The position numbers and the translations under genes are program-made. Shown piece by piece: positions 17,393 through 24,326 of a stretch of 32,292 nucleotides of DNA (within the stretch, counting starts at the first letter, position 1; each line of letters begins with the position of its first letter). The DNA comes from a bacterium (GTDB lineage Bacteria; Patescibacteriota; WWE3; JBDRAO01): contig JBDRAO010000085.1 of assembly GCA_043823645.1 (NCBI GenBank), forward strand, positions 1 to 32,292, given 5' to 3'. The notes beneath the pieces are model-generated. The model was not told the DNA's origin. It ran no database searches and saw nothing but the letters and a program-made list of their open reading frames with translations.

Positions 17393-17824
17393 TTAGGCGC
17401 TCACCTCGACTCCCATGTTTCTGGCCGTTCCGGCCACAGTGCTCATAGCTTTGGCAATGTCACTGGTATTTAAGTCCTCCATTTTCTTTTTGGCAATTTC
17501 TTCCAAGTCAGCCTTAGTGAGTTTACCAATTTTTGTTTTGTTTGGTTCCCCACTGCCTTTTTCTTTACCAATTTTCTTGAGTATCAGAGAGCTGGTAGGA
17601 GGCGTTTTGGTTACAAATTCAAAACTTCTGTCTTCAAAAATAGTAATCACTACCGGTACTATTTCGCCTTGCCTATTACCGGTTCTCTCGTTGTATGCTT
17701 TACAAAAATCCATAATAGGCACTCCGTGCTGGCCTAAAGCGGGTCCTACCGGAGGGGCCGGGTTGGCTTTGCCGGCTTCTATATTTAGTTTAACAATTGC
17801 CTTTACTTTTTTAGTTTTTGTCAT
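17393..17824 (-). CDS. rplK: 50S ribosomal protein L11
   Basis: [34 protein letters not shown] is the canonical L11 N-terminal domain. Confidence 0.95.
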   Translation of the reverse strand: MTKTKKVKAIVKLNIEAGKANPAPPVGPALGQHGVPIMDFCKAYNERTGNRQGEIVPVVITIFEDRSFEFVTKTPPTSSLILKKIGKEKGSGEPNKTKIGKLTKADLEEIAKKKMEDLNTSDIAKAMSTVAGTARNMGVEVSA

Positions 17825-17865
17825 ATTGCTCTAACCCCTTTTGCTTGTGCCATATATGGTCGTGT

Positions 17866-17962
17866 GCGAGACTTGCCGCACCAAAATTACTTGTTGCGGA
17901 ACTCCTCGCAGTAGCTCGTTAGACAGTCCTCACGGCGTAATTTTGCCGCGGTTTCGTCTCGC
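17866..17962 (-). promoter_or_regulatory. Candidate structured 5' leader RNA of rplK
   Basis: In the minus-strand sense, an outer 7-bp stem GCGAGAC/GTCTCGC (17956..17962 with 17866..17872) encloses a 15-position helix CCGCGGCAAAATTAC/GTAATTTTGGTGCGG (17937..17951 with 17876..17890; one G-U, one mismatch). Pairing is better in the rplK sense than in the antisense. Confidence 0.45.
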
Positions 17963-17998
17963 CTTATTAGTCACGGCTACGGCTTCGACCCCACGGCC

Positions 17999-18550
17999 TT
18001 AAGCTGGCTTAACTTGAGTAAAATCCAGTCCTACCGGAGTTTCTCGGCTAAAAATTGAAACCAGCACTGTTAGTTTGCCTTTATCTTCGTCGACATCCTG
18101 TACTTTGCCAATAAAGTCTGTAAAAGGTCCCTCGATAATTTTAACAGCGTCGCCTTTTTTAAAGTCAGACTCATATTTTAGGGTTTCAATCTCGCTAAAT
18201 TTGGTAATGGCCTCAACTTCCTTTTCAGAAATTGGGGTGGGCTTTTTGGCGGCGCCAATAAATCCGGTAATTCCTTCGGTGTTTCTGACCAGATACCAGG
18301 TATAGTCGGTAATTAACATTTGCACTAAGATGTATCCCGGAAAGATAACCTCGGGCACCTTTTTCTTCTTGCCCTCCTGCACCACAATTTTGTTTCTCAC
18401 CGGCACCAATACTTTGCCAAAATGATCTTTTAGCTGGGAGACATCTACTCTCTGGCGTAAAGCTTCGGCTACTCGCCTTTCGTGTCCGGAAGTAGTGTGA
18501 ACCACATACCAACGCATTGTGTTTTCTGTAGATTTATTATTAATCTCCAT
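17999..18550 (-). CDS. nusG: Transcription termination/antitermination factor NusG
   Basis: RWYVVHTTSGHERRV NGN domain and KOW motif KKGDAVKIIEGPFTDFIGKV. The start could be the internal ATG at 18517 (MRWYVV). Confidence 0.9.
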   Translation of the reverse strand: MEINNKSTENTMRWYVVHTTSGHERRVAEALRQRVDVSQLKDHFGKVLVPVRNKIVVQEGKKKKVPEVIFPGYILVQMLITDYTWYLVRNTEGITGFIGAAKKPTPISEKEVEAITKFSEIETLKYESDFKKGDAVKIIEGPFTDFIGKVQDVDEDKGKLTVLVSIFSRETPVGLDFTQVKPA

Positions 18551-18555
18551 TGTAA

Positions 18556-18747
18556 TTATCTTCCAGTAACAACTAGAGCCACCATTTTGCTAAAAACATA
18601 ATCTAAAAGACCTAAATAGGCGCCAATCGCAACCGTAACAGCAATTACTACTGCTGTCAAGCGCAAAACCTCCGGCTTTTTAGGCCAGCTGACCCTGGCA
18701 AGTTCGCTTTTTGATTCTTTAAGGTACTGCCCAATTTTTTTTGTCAT
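18556..18747 (-). CDS. secE: Preprotein translocase subunit SecE
   Basis: 63 aa with a single C-terminal TM helix. ELARVSWPKKPEVLRLTAVVI is typical of SecE, and the gene sits directly upstream of nusG. Confidence 0.85.
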   Translation of the reverse strand: MTKKIGQYLKESKSELARVSWPKKPEVLRLTAVVIAVTVAIGAYLGLLDYVFSKMVALVVTGR

Positions 18748-18863
18748 AACAGCAATATTGTACCAAACAGAATCAATTGAGCAAGCGAAAAGATTGACTG
18801 CAAAAAACTCTTGTGTTTAACTTCTGTTACCTCGAAGTAATGTTTAGAAAGGTGGTGATAACA

Positions 18864-19361
18864 ATGGCAAAGTTCGAAGGACACAAAAGACTGCACCAGG
18901 AAGATAGGGAATTAATCCTTTCCGATTTTTATAGCTCTTTTTTGGTTATTAAAGATGAGGGTGAGCTGATGTCTTATTTAAATGATCTTCTATCTGAACC
19001 GGAGTTGGAAATGTTGGCCCGAAGGGTGCAAATAGCCAGAATGCTCAAAGAAAACTTCACCTACGAAGAAATAAGAACAGCGCTCTATGTTTCTGAAGGA
19101 ACAGTGGCCAGCTGTGCCCAATCTTTAAAGCGTGGTGAGGGTGGCTTGGATTTGGTAGCCGCGCGCCTGTCAGGGCAATCTGAAGATAACGCAGTTGAGG
19201 AACAGCCGGAAGAAGCAGTGGAAGAAGAAGAGGAAGTAGTGCAATCCCAAAAAGTGCGCGCCACTCCTATGATAGGAAGGCTAAGACAGGGAAAATCAGA
19301 AGTAACAAAAAAGACTGCAAAGAGGAGTAGTAATTTAAGAAGTATGCGATTGGGTCGTTGA
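18864..19361 (+). CDS. TrpR-like (YerC/YecD family) helix-turn-helix protein with a long acidic/basic C-terminal tail
   Basis: LNDLLSEPELEMLARRVQIARMLKENFTYEEIRTALYVSEGTVA resembles YerC/YecD. The ATG at 18864 is preceded by AAAGGTGGTGA (SD), whereas the track start at 18813 has none. Confidence 0.6.
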   Translation: MAKFEGHKRLHQEDRELILSDFYSSFLVIKDEGELMSYLNDLLSEPELEMLARRVQIARMLKENFTYEEIRTALYVSEGTVASCAQSLKRGEGGLDLVAARLSGQSEDNAVEEQPEEAVEEEEEVVQSQKVRATPMIGRLRQGKSEVTKKTAKRSSNLRSMRLGR

Positions 19362-19526
19362 CCTTAAGCATTGGGCGCAGATTTTAATGCGCCTTACCTG
19401 CCCGTCTATATTTAATCTTACCTTTCTAATGTTAGGTTTAAAGCTTTTTTTGGTTCTATTTTGAGCGTGCGAGACGCTGTTTCCTTTAAGCGGCCCTTTG
19501 CCGCAGACTTCACAAATTCTTGCCAC
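19335..19526 (-). CDS. rpmB: 50S ribosomal protein L28
   Basis: MARICEVCGKGPLKGNSVSHAQNRTKKSFKPNIRKVR is the canonical L28 sequence. Confidence 0.9.
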   Translation of the reverse strand: MARICEVCGKGPLKGNSVSHAQNRTKKSFKPNIRKVRLNIDGQVRRIKICAQCLRSTTQSHTS

Positions 19527-19614
19527 CCGACTACGCCAAGGCTTCGTCGCAGTATTACTTTCTAATACAGTTACGGCTTTAGCGTTAAAGCGAATAGGAT
19601 GTTATCATAGCATT

Positions 19615-20187
19615 ATGAACCTTGTCTACACTTTAGTTTTTTTAGCAATAGCATTTGCAGTGCATGAGTTTTGCCACGCTCTGGCGGCCGATAAGCTGGG
19701 CGATCCCACCCCAAGGCTCAATGGGCGAGTGACTCTAAACCCCTTGGCTCATGTGGACCCTTTGGGCCTTCTGGCATTATTTATTTTGCGGGTAGGGTGG
19801 GGCAAGCCGGTGCCCATAAATCCTAATAATTTTAAAAATGTTAAGCGAGACACTTTAATTGTTTCCCTGGCCGGTCCGCTGTCAAACTTTGGGCTGGCTT
19901 TGGTGGCAGTGGCGCTGGCGCAATACAATGGCGCCTTTTTGCTTTTGGCAGTTTTAAGCTTTAATTTGGGAATTTTTAACCTGATACCGGTTTACCCCTT
20001 AGACGGTTTTAAGGTGGTGGAAAATCTTCTTCCCGGAGAACTTTCCCTGCGTTGGTCCCGTTTTGAAAAATATGGCCTGGTTATCTTGCTGGCGATGCTT
20101 TTTCCCATATTGCCGGGTGGTAATTCAATAATTTATCAAATAATAAACGGGGCGCTTGACATTTTTGTAAATTTGTTTTATAAGTAA
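19615..20187 (+). CDS. Site-2 protease family (M50) zinc metalloprotease
   Basis: HEFCHAL (HExxH) in TM1 and NLIPVYPLDG (NxxPxxxLDG). I prefer the ATG at 19615 (MNLVYTLVFLAIAF). Confidence 0.8.
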   Translation: MNLVYTLVFLAIAFAVHEFCHALAADKLGDPTPRLNGRVTLNPLAHVDPLGLLALFILRVGWGKPVPINPNNFKNVKRDTLIVSLAGPLSNFGLALVAVALAQYNGAFLLLAVLSFNLGIFNLIPVYPLDGFKVVENLLPGELSLRWSRFEKYGLVILLAMLFPILPGGNSIIYQIINGALDIFVNLFYK

Positions 20188-20202
20188 ACCATACCCTGAG
20201 GT

Positions 20203-20247
20203 GTTGGAGAACCAGCTTTTTGAGTAAGCTAGTTCCTCAACCTTTTT
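20203..20247 (+). terminator. Rho-independent terminator after the M50 protease gene
   Basis: 14-position imperfect hairpin GTTGGAGAACCAGC (20203..20216) with GCTAGTTCCTCAAC (20228..20241), followed by C-TTTTT (20242..20247). Confidence 0.6.
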
Positions 20248-20251
20248 ACAA

Positions 20252-20379
20252 GGGAGTCGCCTTCGGCGGCACCCACCTGACACAAATCAGGATATAGCCC
20301 TGAAAGTTTTGGGCCAGCACCCCGGGGAGGCATCATCATAATTTATGTCCCCACCTCTTCCTTTGTGAAGGGGTTTTTT
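20252..20379 (+). ncRNA. Candidate small structured RNA (unknown family)
   Basis: ORF-free and locally GC-rich. Hairpins are GGGAGTCGCC-TTC-GGCGGCACCC (20252..20274), CCTGA-CACAAA-TCAGG (20276..20291), GCCC-N10-GGGC (20297..20314) and the CCCCGGGG palindrome. It ends in CCCC...GAAGGGG plus TTTTTT (20349..20379). The strand call is tentative. Confidence 0.3.
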
Positions 20380-20425
20380 GTTGCTTTGCTCTTTTTTTTG
20401 TGAGAAAGTTTAAATGGAGCCTTTG

Positions 20426-20501
20426 GCCGAGATAGCTCAGTTGGTAGAGCACATCCATGGTAAGGATGGGGTCCGGGGTTCAATTCCCTGTCTCGGCTCC
20501 A
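20426..20501 (+). tRNA. tRNA-Thr (anticodon GGT), CCA encoded
   Basis: Acceptor GCCGAGA/TCTCGGC, D-arm GCTC-AGTTGGTA-GAGC, anticodon stem CATCC/GGATG with loop ATGGTAA, T-arm CGGGG-TTCAATT-CCCTG. Confidence 0.9.
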
Positions 20502-20543
20502 GCAGTTGCAGTATTAATTTATTTATAGTAAGCTCACAAAGTT

Positions 20544-20750
20544 ATGGCAAAAAAAGGCAATCGGGTAGTGGTGCAAATGGCCTGTACTAAATGTAACAGC
20601 CAGAATTACACCACTCAAAAAAACAAGATCAATATGCAAGTCAAGAAACAAAAGCTGAACTTAAATAAGTTTTGCAATCAGTGCGACCAGGTAGTGGCCC
20701 ACAAAGAAGCCAAGATCAAAAAAGGCAAGGCTAAAAAGCTGAGGCACTAA
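20544..20750 (+). CDS. rpmG: 50S ribosomal protein L33 (Cys4 zinc-ribbon type) with a Lys-rich C-terminal extension
   Basis: MAKKGNRVVVQMACTKCNSQNYTTQKNK...KFCNQCDQVVAHKE fits L33. At 68 aa it is longer than the usual 50 to 55. Confidence 0.85.
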   Translation: MAKKGNRVVVQMACTKCNSQNYTTQKNKINMQVKKQKLNLNKFCNQCDQVVAHKEAKIKKGKAKKLRH

Positions 20751-20781
20751 TCCTTTACTCCCAACCTATATCCCATTTTTG

Positions 20782-20809
20782 TTGATAATTGCAATTTTTT
20801 TAGTAAAAT
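20782..20809 (+). promoter_or_regulatory. Sigma70-like promoter for tRNA-Trp
   Basis: TTGATA (20782..20787), 16-nt spacer, TAAAAT (20804..20809), ending 15 nt upstream of the tRNA 5' end. Confidence 0.4.
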
Positions 20810-20824
20810 GGGGGTGCCTCTTGT

Positions 20825-20899
20825 ACGGGCGTCGGTTAATTGGTAAACCACCGGTCTCCAAAACCGGGACTGCAGGTTCGATTCCTGCCGCCCGTGCCA
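20825..20899 (+). tRNA. tRNA-Trp (anticodon CCA), CCA encoded
   Basis: Acceptor ACGGGCG/CGCCCGT, anticodon stem CCGGT/ACCGG with loop CTCCAAA, T-arm GCAGG-TTCGATT-CCTGC, discriminator G plus CCA. Confidence 0.9.
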
Positions 20900-20912
20900 G
20901 TTCCGGACTTTT

Positions 20913-21818
20913 TTAACCTTTTAGGTATCCATTTTCAAATTCTTTCCACGAAATGGGGGTTTTTCCTTCTAGCTGGAGTCTCGATATGGCCAGTTTGCCA
21001 CCCAAGTCAAGTTTGGCAGCAAGAACTTTGGCTATTTTTTCGTGTGAGGGGGGTAAGGGGGTCAAGGGGGGTAAGGGGGGTGTAGCCACAGATGAGTAAG
21101 CCTTGACTAATTCGGCTACGGTAGTATAAACCCCCGGCCAGGGGGTAAGGGCCCTGAGTTTATTGATGGTTTGCCGTGGGTTATTGATTAACTCCTCCGC
21201 CAAGACAAAGCCATCTTCCTTTTTAATCTGGGGCGCTAAGCTGGGAGTGCCTTTTTGCTCTGTAAGGGGTGGTAGCTGGGGTAGTAAAGACAAAAGCTCG
21301 TCTAGGACGAGTTTGGCCCCTTGGTGGGCCATTTTGGCACCTAAAGTAGGGTAGGTATCGTGGGCATCAATCAGAACCTCTGCCCTGGCGGCCACCTTAC
21401 CCGTATCAACCCCCTCATCCATAAGAATTATGGTCACTCCGGTTTTTTTCCTGCCATCTAAAAGCGCTCTTTGAATGGGAGAAGCGCCCCGATACTTCGC
21501 CAGTAGCGAGCCGTGAATGTTGAAACATCCAAGTTTTGGGTACTCTAATAGTTCTTTTGGAAAAATGATGCCATAGGCGGCCACTATAAAAATGCTATCT
21601 TTGGAAGTGGACCTTTGCACTTTGGCCACCAATTCAGCCTTGTTTTGCGGTGTAAAGCATATCAGGTTATGTGTGCCAGCCAAGTTTGCCACCAACGAGC
21701 CCTTTTTGGTAAAAACACCCGCCAATTTGAAATTGGCGGCCCCTTTTTCCGCCTCAATAAGCTGGCGCAAAACAATTTGGGCAAAATGGGGCGTGCCAAA
21801 AAAATATAATTTAGTCAT
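20913..21818 (-). CDS. fmt: Methionyl-tRNA formyltransferase
   Basis: MTKLYFFGTPHFA, FIVAAYGIIFP, NIHGSLLAKYRGASPIQRALL, and the C-terminal tRNA-binding domain. The ATG at 21818 overlaps the mreB stop (ATGACTAA); the track start at 21866 is rejected. Confidence 0.9.
   Translation of the reverse strand: MTKLYFFGTPHFAQIVLRQLIEAEKGAANFKLAGVFTKKGSLVANLAGTHNLICFTPQNKAELVAKVQRSTSKDSIFIVAAYGIIFPKELLEYPKLGCFNIHGSLLAKYRGASPIQRALLDGRKKTGVTIILMDEGVDTGKVAARAEVLIDAHDTYPTLGAKMAHQGAKLVLDELLSLLPQLPPLTEQKGTPSLAPQIKKEDGFVLAEELINNPRQTINKLRALTPWPGVYTTVAELVKAYSSVATPPLPPLTPLPPSHEKIAKVLAAKLDLGGKLAISRLQLEGKTPISWKEFENGYLKG
21048..21080 (+). repeat. G-tract repeat (G6-TAA-G5-TCAA-G6-TAA-G6) inside fmt, encoding PPLPPLTPLPP on the minus strand
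   Basis: G runs at 21048..21053, 21057..21061, 21066..21071 and 21075..21080, with 3 to 4-nt loops. This is about two copies of an 18-nt unit. Confidence 0.85.
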
Positions 21819-22863
21819 GATACGAAACTCGGTCCAAAAGTTCCTTATTGTCCAGCAAAAACCCACAGCCTCTCACCACACAAGTTTGAGGATCTTTGGC
21901 CCTGGCAACCTTTATTCCCAGTTCTTTTGAAAAAAGAGTGTCTATGTCAGATAGAAGACAGCCTCCCCCTGCCAAGGTAAGCCCCTTTTTTTGCACATCT
22001 GACACCAGTTCCGGAGGGCTTTCCTCCAAAACCTCCTTAATGGTATTAATGATTGCCTGAAGGGTGGGGGAAACAGCCAGGGCAATCTCACCGGAGGATA
22101 AGGTAACCGCTCGGGGAAGCCCTGAGGCCATTTCCCTTCCCCTGACCTCACCGGTGGTTTTCTTCTCCCCGCGATTTTCAGCCTCTACCAGAGCAGAGCC
22201 TATTTCTATTTTGCATCTTTCGGCCGTTTTGGGCCCAATTATCAAACCTTTCTCCTTTTTGACAAAATCAATAATATTTTGGTCCATGCTTTCTCCCGCT
22301 TTTCGAAGGCTAATTCCGGTTACAATGCCAGAAAGAGATATTAGGGCCACCTCGGAGGTCCCCCCTCCAATATCTGCTATTAAATTGCCGGTGGGTGGGG
22401 TGACTTCAAGGCCGGCCCCAATGGCGGCGGCCATTGGCTCATCTACCAAAAAACACTGCCTGGCTTTGGCTTGCCTTACTGTTTTTACCACCGCGCGCCG
22501 CTCCACCTCGGTAATGCTTGACGGAATGCCCACCACCACCTTGGGGCGCGGCCCAATAATTTGGCTTAAACTGTCCTTATGAAGTTTTTTAATGTAGTGT
22601 TCCAGCATTTTGACAGTGGCTTCAAAGTCTGAAATAACCCCTTCTTTAAGGGGGCGCACGGCAATAATGTCGGGTGGAGTTTTTCCCAGCATTGGTTCAG
22701 CCTTCCGGCCCACCGCTATTATTTTGCCGGTTTTTTTGTTGAGAGCTATAACAGAGGGCTCGGCAATTTTGATACCCTCGCCCTTAACCAGTACCAGCGT
22801 ATTGGCGGTGCCTAAATCTATGGCCAGATCATGCGAAAATAGGTTAAAGATGCGGTCAAACAT
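21811..22863 (-). CDS. mreB: Rod shape-determining protein MreB (canonical)
   Basis: Motifs DLAIDLGTANTLV, VDEPMAAAIGAG, ADIGGGTSEVALISL and LAGGGCLL...V...P..CVVRG. Confidence 0.9.
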   Translation of the reverse strand: MFDRIFNLFSHDLAIDLGTANTLVLVKGEGIKIAEPSVIALNKKTGKIIAVGRKAEPMLGKTPPDIIAVRPLKEGVISDFEATVKMLEHYIKKLHKDSLSQIIGPRPKVVVGIPSSITEVERRAVVKTVRQAKARQCFLVDEPMAAAIGAGLEVTPPTGNLIADIGGGTSEVALISLSGIVTGISLRKAGESMDQNIIDFVKKEKGLIIGPKTAERCKIEIGSALVEAENRGEKKTTGEVRGREMASGLPRAVTLSSGEIALAVSPTLQAIINTIKEVLEESPPELVSDVQKKGLTLAGGGCLLSDIDTLFSKELGIKVARAKDPQTCVVRGCGFLLDNKELLDRVSYHD

Positions 22864-22885
22864 AAGTTAATGTTATCATAAGCTT

Positions 22886-23389
22886 ATGGTGCAAGATATA
22901 CTCACTGCCCCCAACCCAAAATTAAATCAGGTGTCGCAAAGAGTACAAAAGTTGGACAAAGCTACCCAGAGACTAATTGGTAATTTAAAAGACACTTTGG
23001 CAGGGCAAAAAAACCCGGAAGGGGTGGGGCTTTCGGCTCCCCAAATTGGCGCCTTAAGGCGCATTTTTGTTTTAAGGTTTACGCCTAAGGGCGGCGTTAC
23101 AGTGGTGATTAACCCTAAAATCACTAAACACTCGCAAAAAACCAATCTTGATATTTCCCAAAACAAGGAGCCGGATATGGAGGGGTGTTTGTCTGTTCCG
23201 GGGGTTTATGCTGTGGTGGAGCGCCCCTGGAAAATTACCGCCGTTTATTGTGACGAGGATTTTAAAAAAGTGACCCAAAGTTTGGAAGGCTTTGCGGCTG
23301 TGGCTTTTCAACACGAATTGGATCATTTGGAGGGTATTCTTTTTACTCAAAGAGCTCTGGAACAGGGGAGCGCCATTATTGTTGATTAG
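22886..23389 (+). CDS. def: Peptide deformylase
   Basis: All three deformylase motifs are present: GVGLSAPQIG, EGCLSVPG and HELDHLEG. Confidence 0.95.
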   Translation: MVQDILTAPNPKLNQVSQRVQKLDKATQRLIGNLKDTLAGQKNPEGVGLSAPQIGALRRIFVLRFTPKGGVTVVINPKITKHSQKTNLDISQNKEPDMEGCLSVPGVYAVVERPWKITAVYCDEDFKKVTQSLEGFAAVAFQHELDHLEGILFTQRALEQGSAIIVD

Positions 23390-24284
23390 CTGCCTTTTGG
23401 CAAAACCAGAAACCAAGGCCAATAAATACCAATCCCGGAAGCATAAAAACACTAGGTACCTCGCTGAGTAAGAGGTAGGCGGCCGGCAAGGCAAAGAGCG
23501 GCTGTAGGTAGCTAAAAACTCCCGTTTCCGAAGCCTCAATTTTAGAAAGTCCAAAATCATAAGACAGGTAAGCCACCACCGAGGAGAAAAGGCTCATATA
23601 CAAAAGTCCGGCCAGAGCTTTAGCATTTATTAGCTGAGCTAAAATATCTATTTTGGTAAGATGCATTTCCAAAAGCGCCAGGGGAACAAGAACTACAAAG
23701 GCCACCATAAAGGAAAAAGCCATCCCCTCAGGGTGGTACTTACGGCGGCCGCCAAAGCGTTTCTTTTCTAAAATGACATAAACAATCCAAACCAGGTTAC
23801 TTAAAAATACCAAGATATTTCCCTTGATATTAGTAAGGGCTAAAGGTTCATTTCTTAAAAGCGGCTCAATAAAAATAATTAAAAAGGTGCCCATTAGGGT
23901 GACAGCAATACCGATTTGCTCTTTTTTGGTGACCGTTTCTTTTAAAAATATGGCTCCGGCCAAAGCTAAAAAAATGGGAAAGGTGGCTCCAATAATGGTG
24001 CCTTCCAGACTGGAGGTGTAGCGGTATCCAAAAAATACCAGGCTTAAGCAAAGCGGCTGAGCCAAGAGGCTCAAAAAGACCATTTTCTTAAGACCTTCTT
24101 TCCTAATGGCGGCCATACCACGATTTCTAATAAAAAAAGGCAGAACCACCAGACTGGCCAGGAACATTCTTAAGGTTAAAAAAGTTAAGGGGGGCAGGTA
24201 GCCCAGGGTGAATTTAATCACCGGTCCGGCAATACCCCAAATGGCGGTGGCCAAAAGCAGAGCAGTGAGGGCTTTGTGTTTCAT
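23376..24284 (-). CDS. EamA/DMT-superfamily transporter
   Basis: About ten predicted TM helices in two EamA-like halves. I prefer the ATG at 24284 (MKHKALTALLL) over the GTG at 24305. Confidence 0.7.
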   Translation of the reverse strand: MKHKALTALLLATAIWGIAGPVIKFTLGYLPPLTFLTLRMFLASLVVLPFFIRNRGMAAIRKEGLKKMVFLSLLAQPLCLSLVFFGYRYTSSLEGTIIGATFPIFLALAGAIFLKETVTKKEQIGIAVTLMGTFLIIFIEPLLRNEPLALTNIKGNILVFLSNLVWIVYVILEKKRFGGRRKYHPEGMAFSFMVAFVVLVPLALLEMHLTKIDILAQLINAKALAGLLYMSLFSSVVAYLSYDFGLSKIEASETGVFSYLQPLFALPAAYLLLSEVPSVFMLPGLVFIGLGFWFCQKAANQQ

Positions 24285-24326
24285 AGCATCTTTAATGTAT
24301 CGCACTGTGTGGTATATTTAAAGCAC

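Noticed and set aside
16485-18512. Antisense ORFs over rplL, rplK and nusG (16485..16805, 16493..16702, 17415..17834, 18075..18305, 18225..18512)
   Set aside because: They lie opposite highly conserved ribosomal and NusG coding sequences and have no independent signals.
20229-20339. 36-aa minus-strand ORF (MMMPPRG...) with an upstream GAGGTGG inside the candidate sRNA region
   Set aside because: Its GC-rich codon usage is unlike neighbouring genes, it has no recognisable family, and the region is dominated by hairpins. It is kept only as an alternative explanation in the sRNA finding.
20252-20379. Possible SRP (4.5S) RNA, because of CAGG ... GAAA ... AGCA spacing
   Set aside because: The helix closing the putative GNRA loop does not form (C-U and U-G clashes), and the symmetric-loop spacing differs from the 4.5S consensus as I recall it. 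It also lacks features of 6S, tmRNA or RNase P.
20840-21085. 81-aa plus-strand ORF
   Set aside because: It starts inside tRNA-Trp and runs antisense through the fmt 3' end. Its tail (GVRGSRGVRGV) is just the G-tract repeat read in another frame.
21163-22870. Antisense or alternate-frame ORFs within fmt and mreB (21163..21354, 21592..21930, 21615..21809, 21942..22151, 22064..22582, 22610..22870)
   Set aside because: They lie opposite genes with unambiguous Fmt and MreB motifs and have no independent support.
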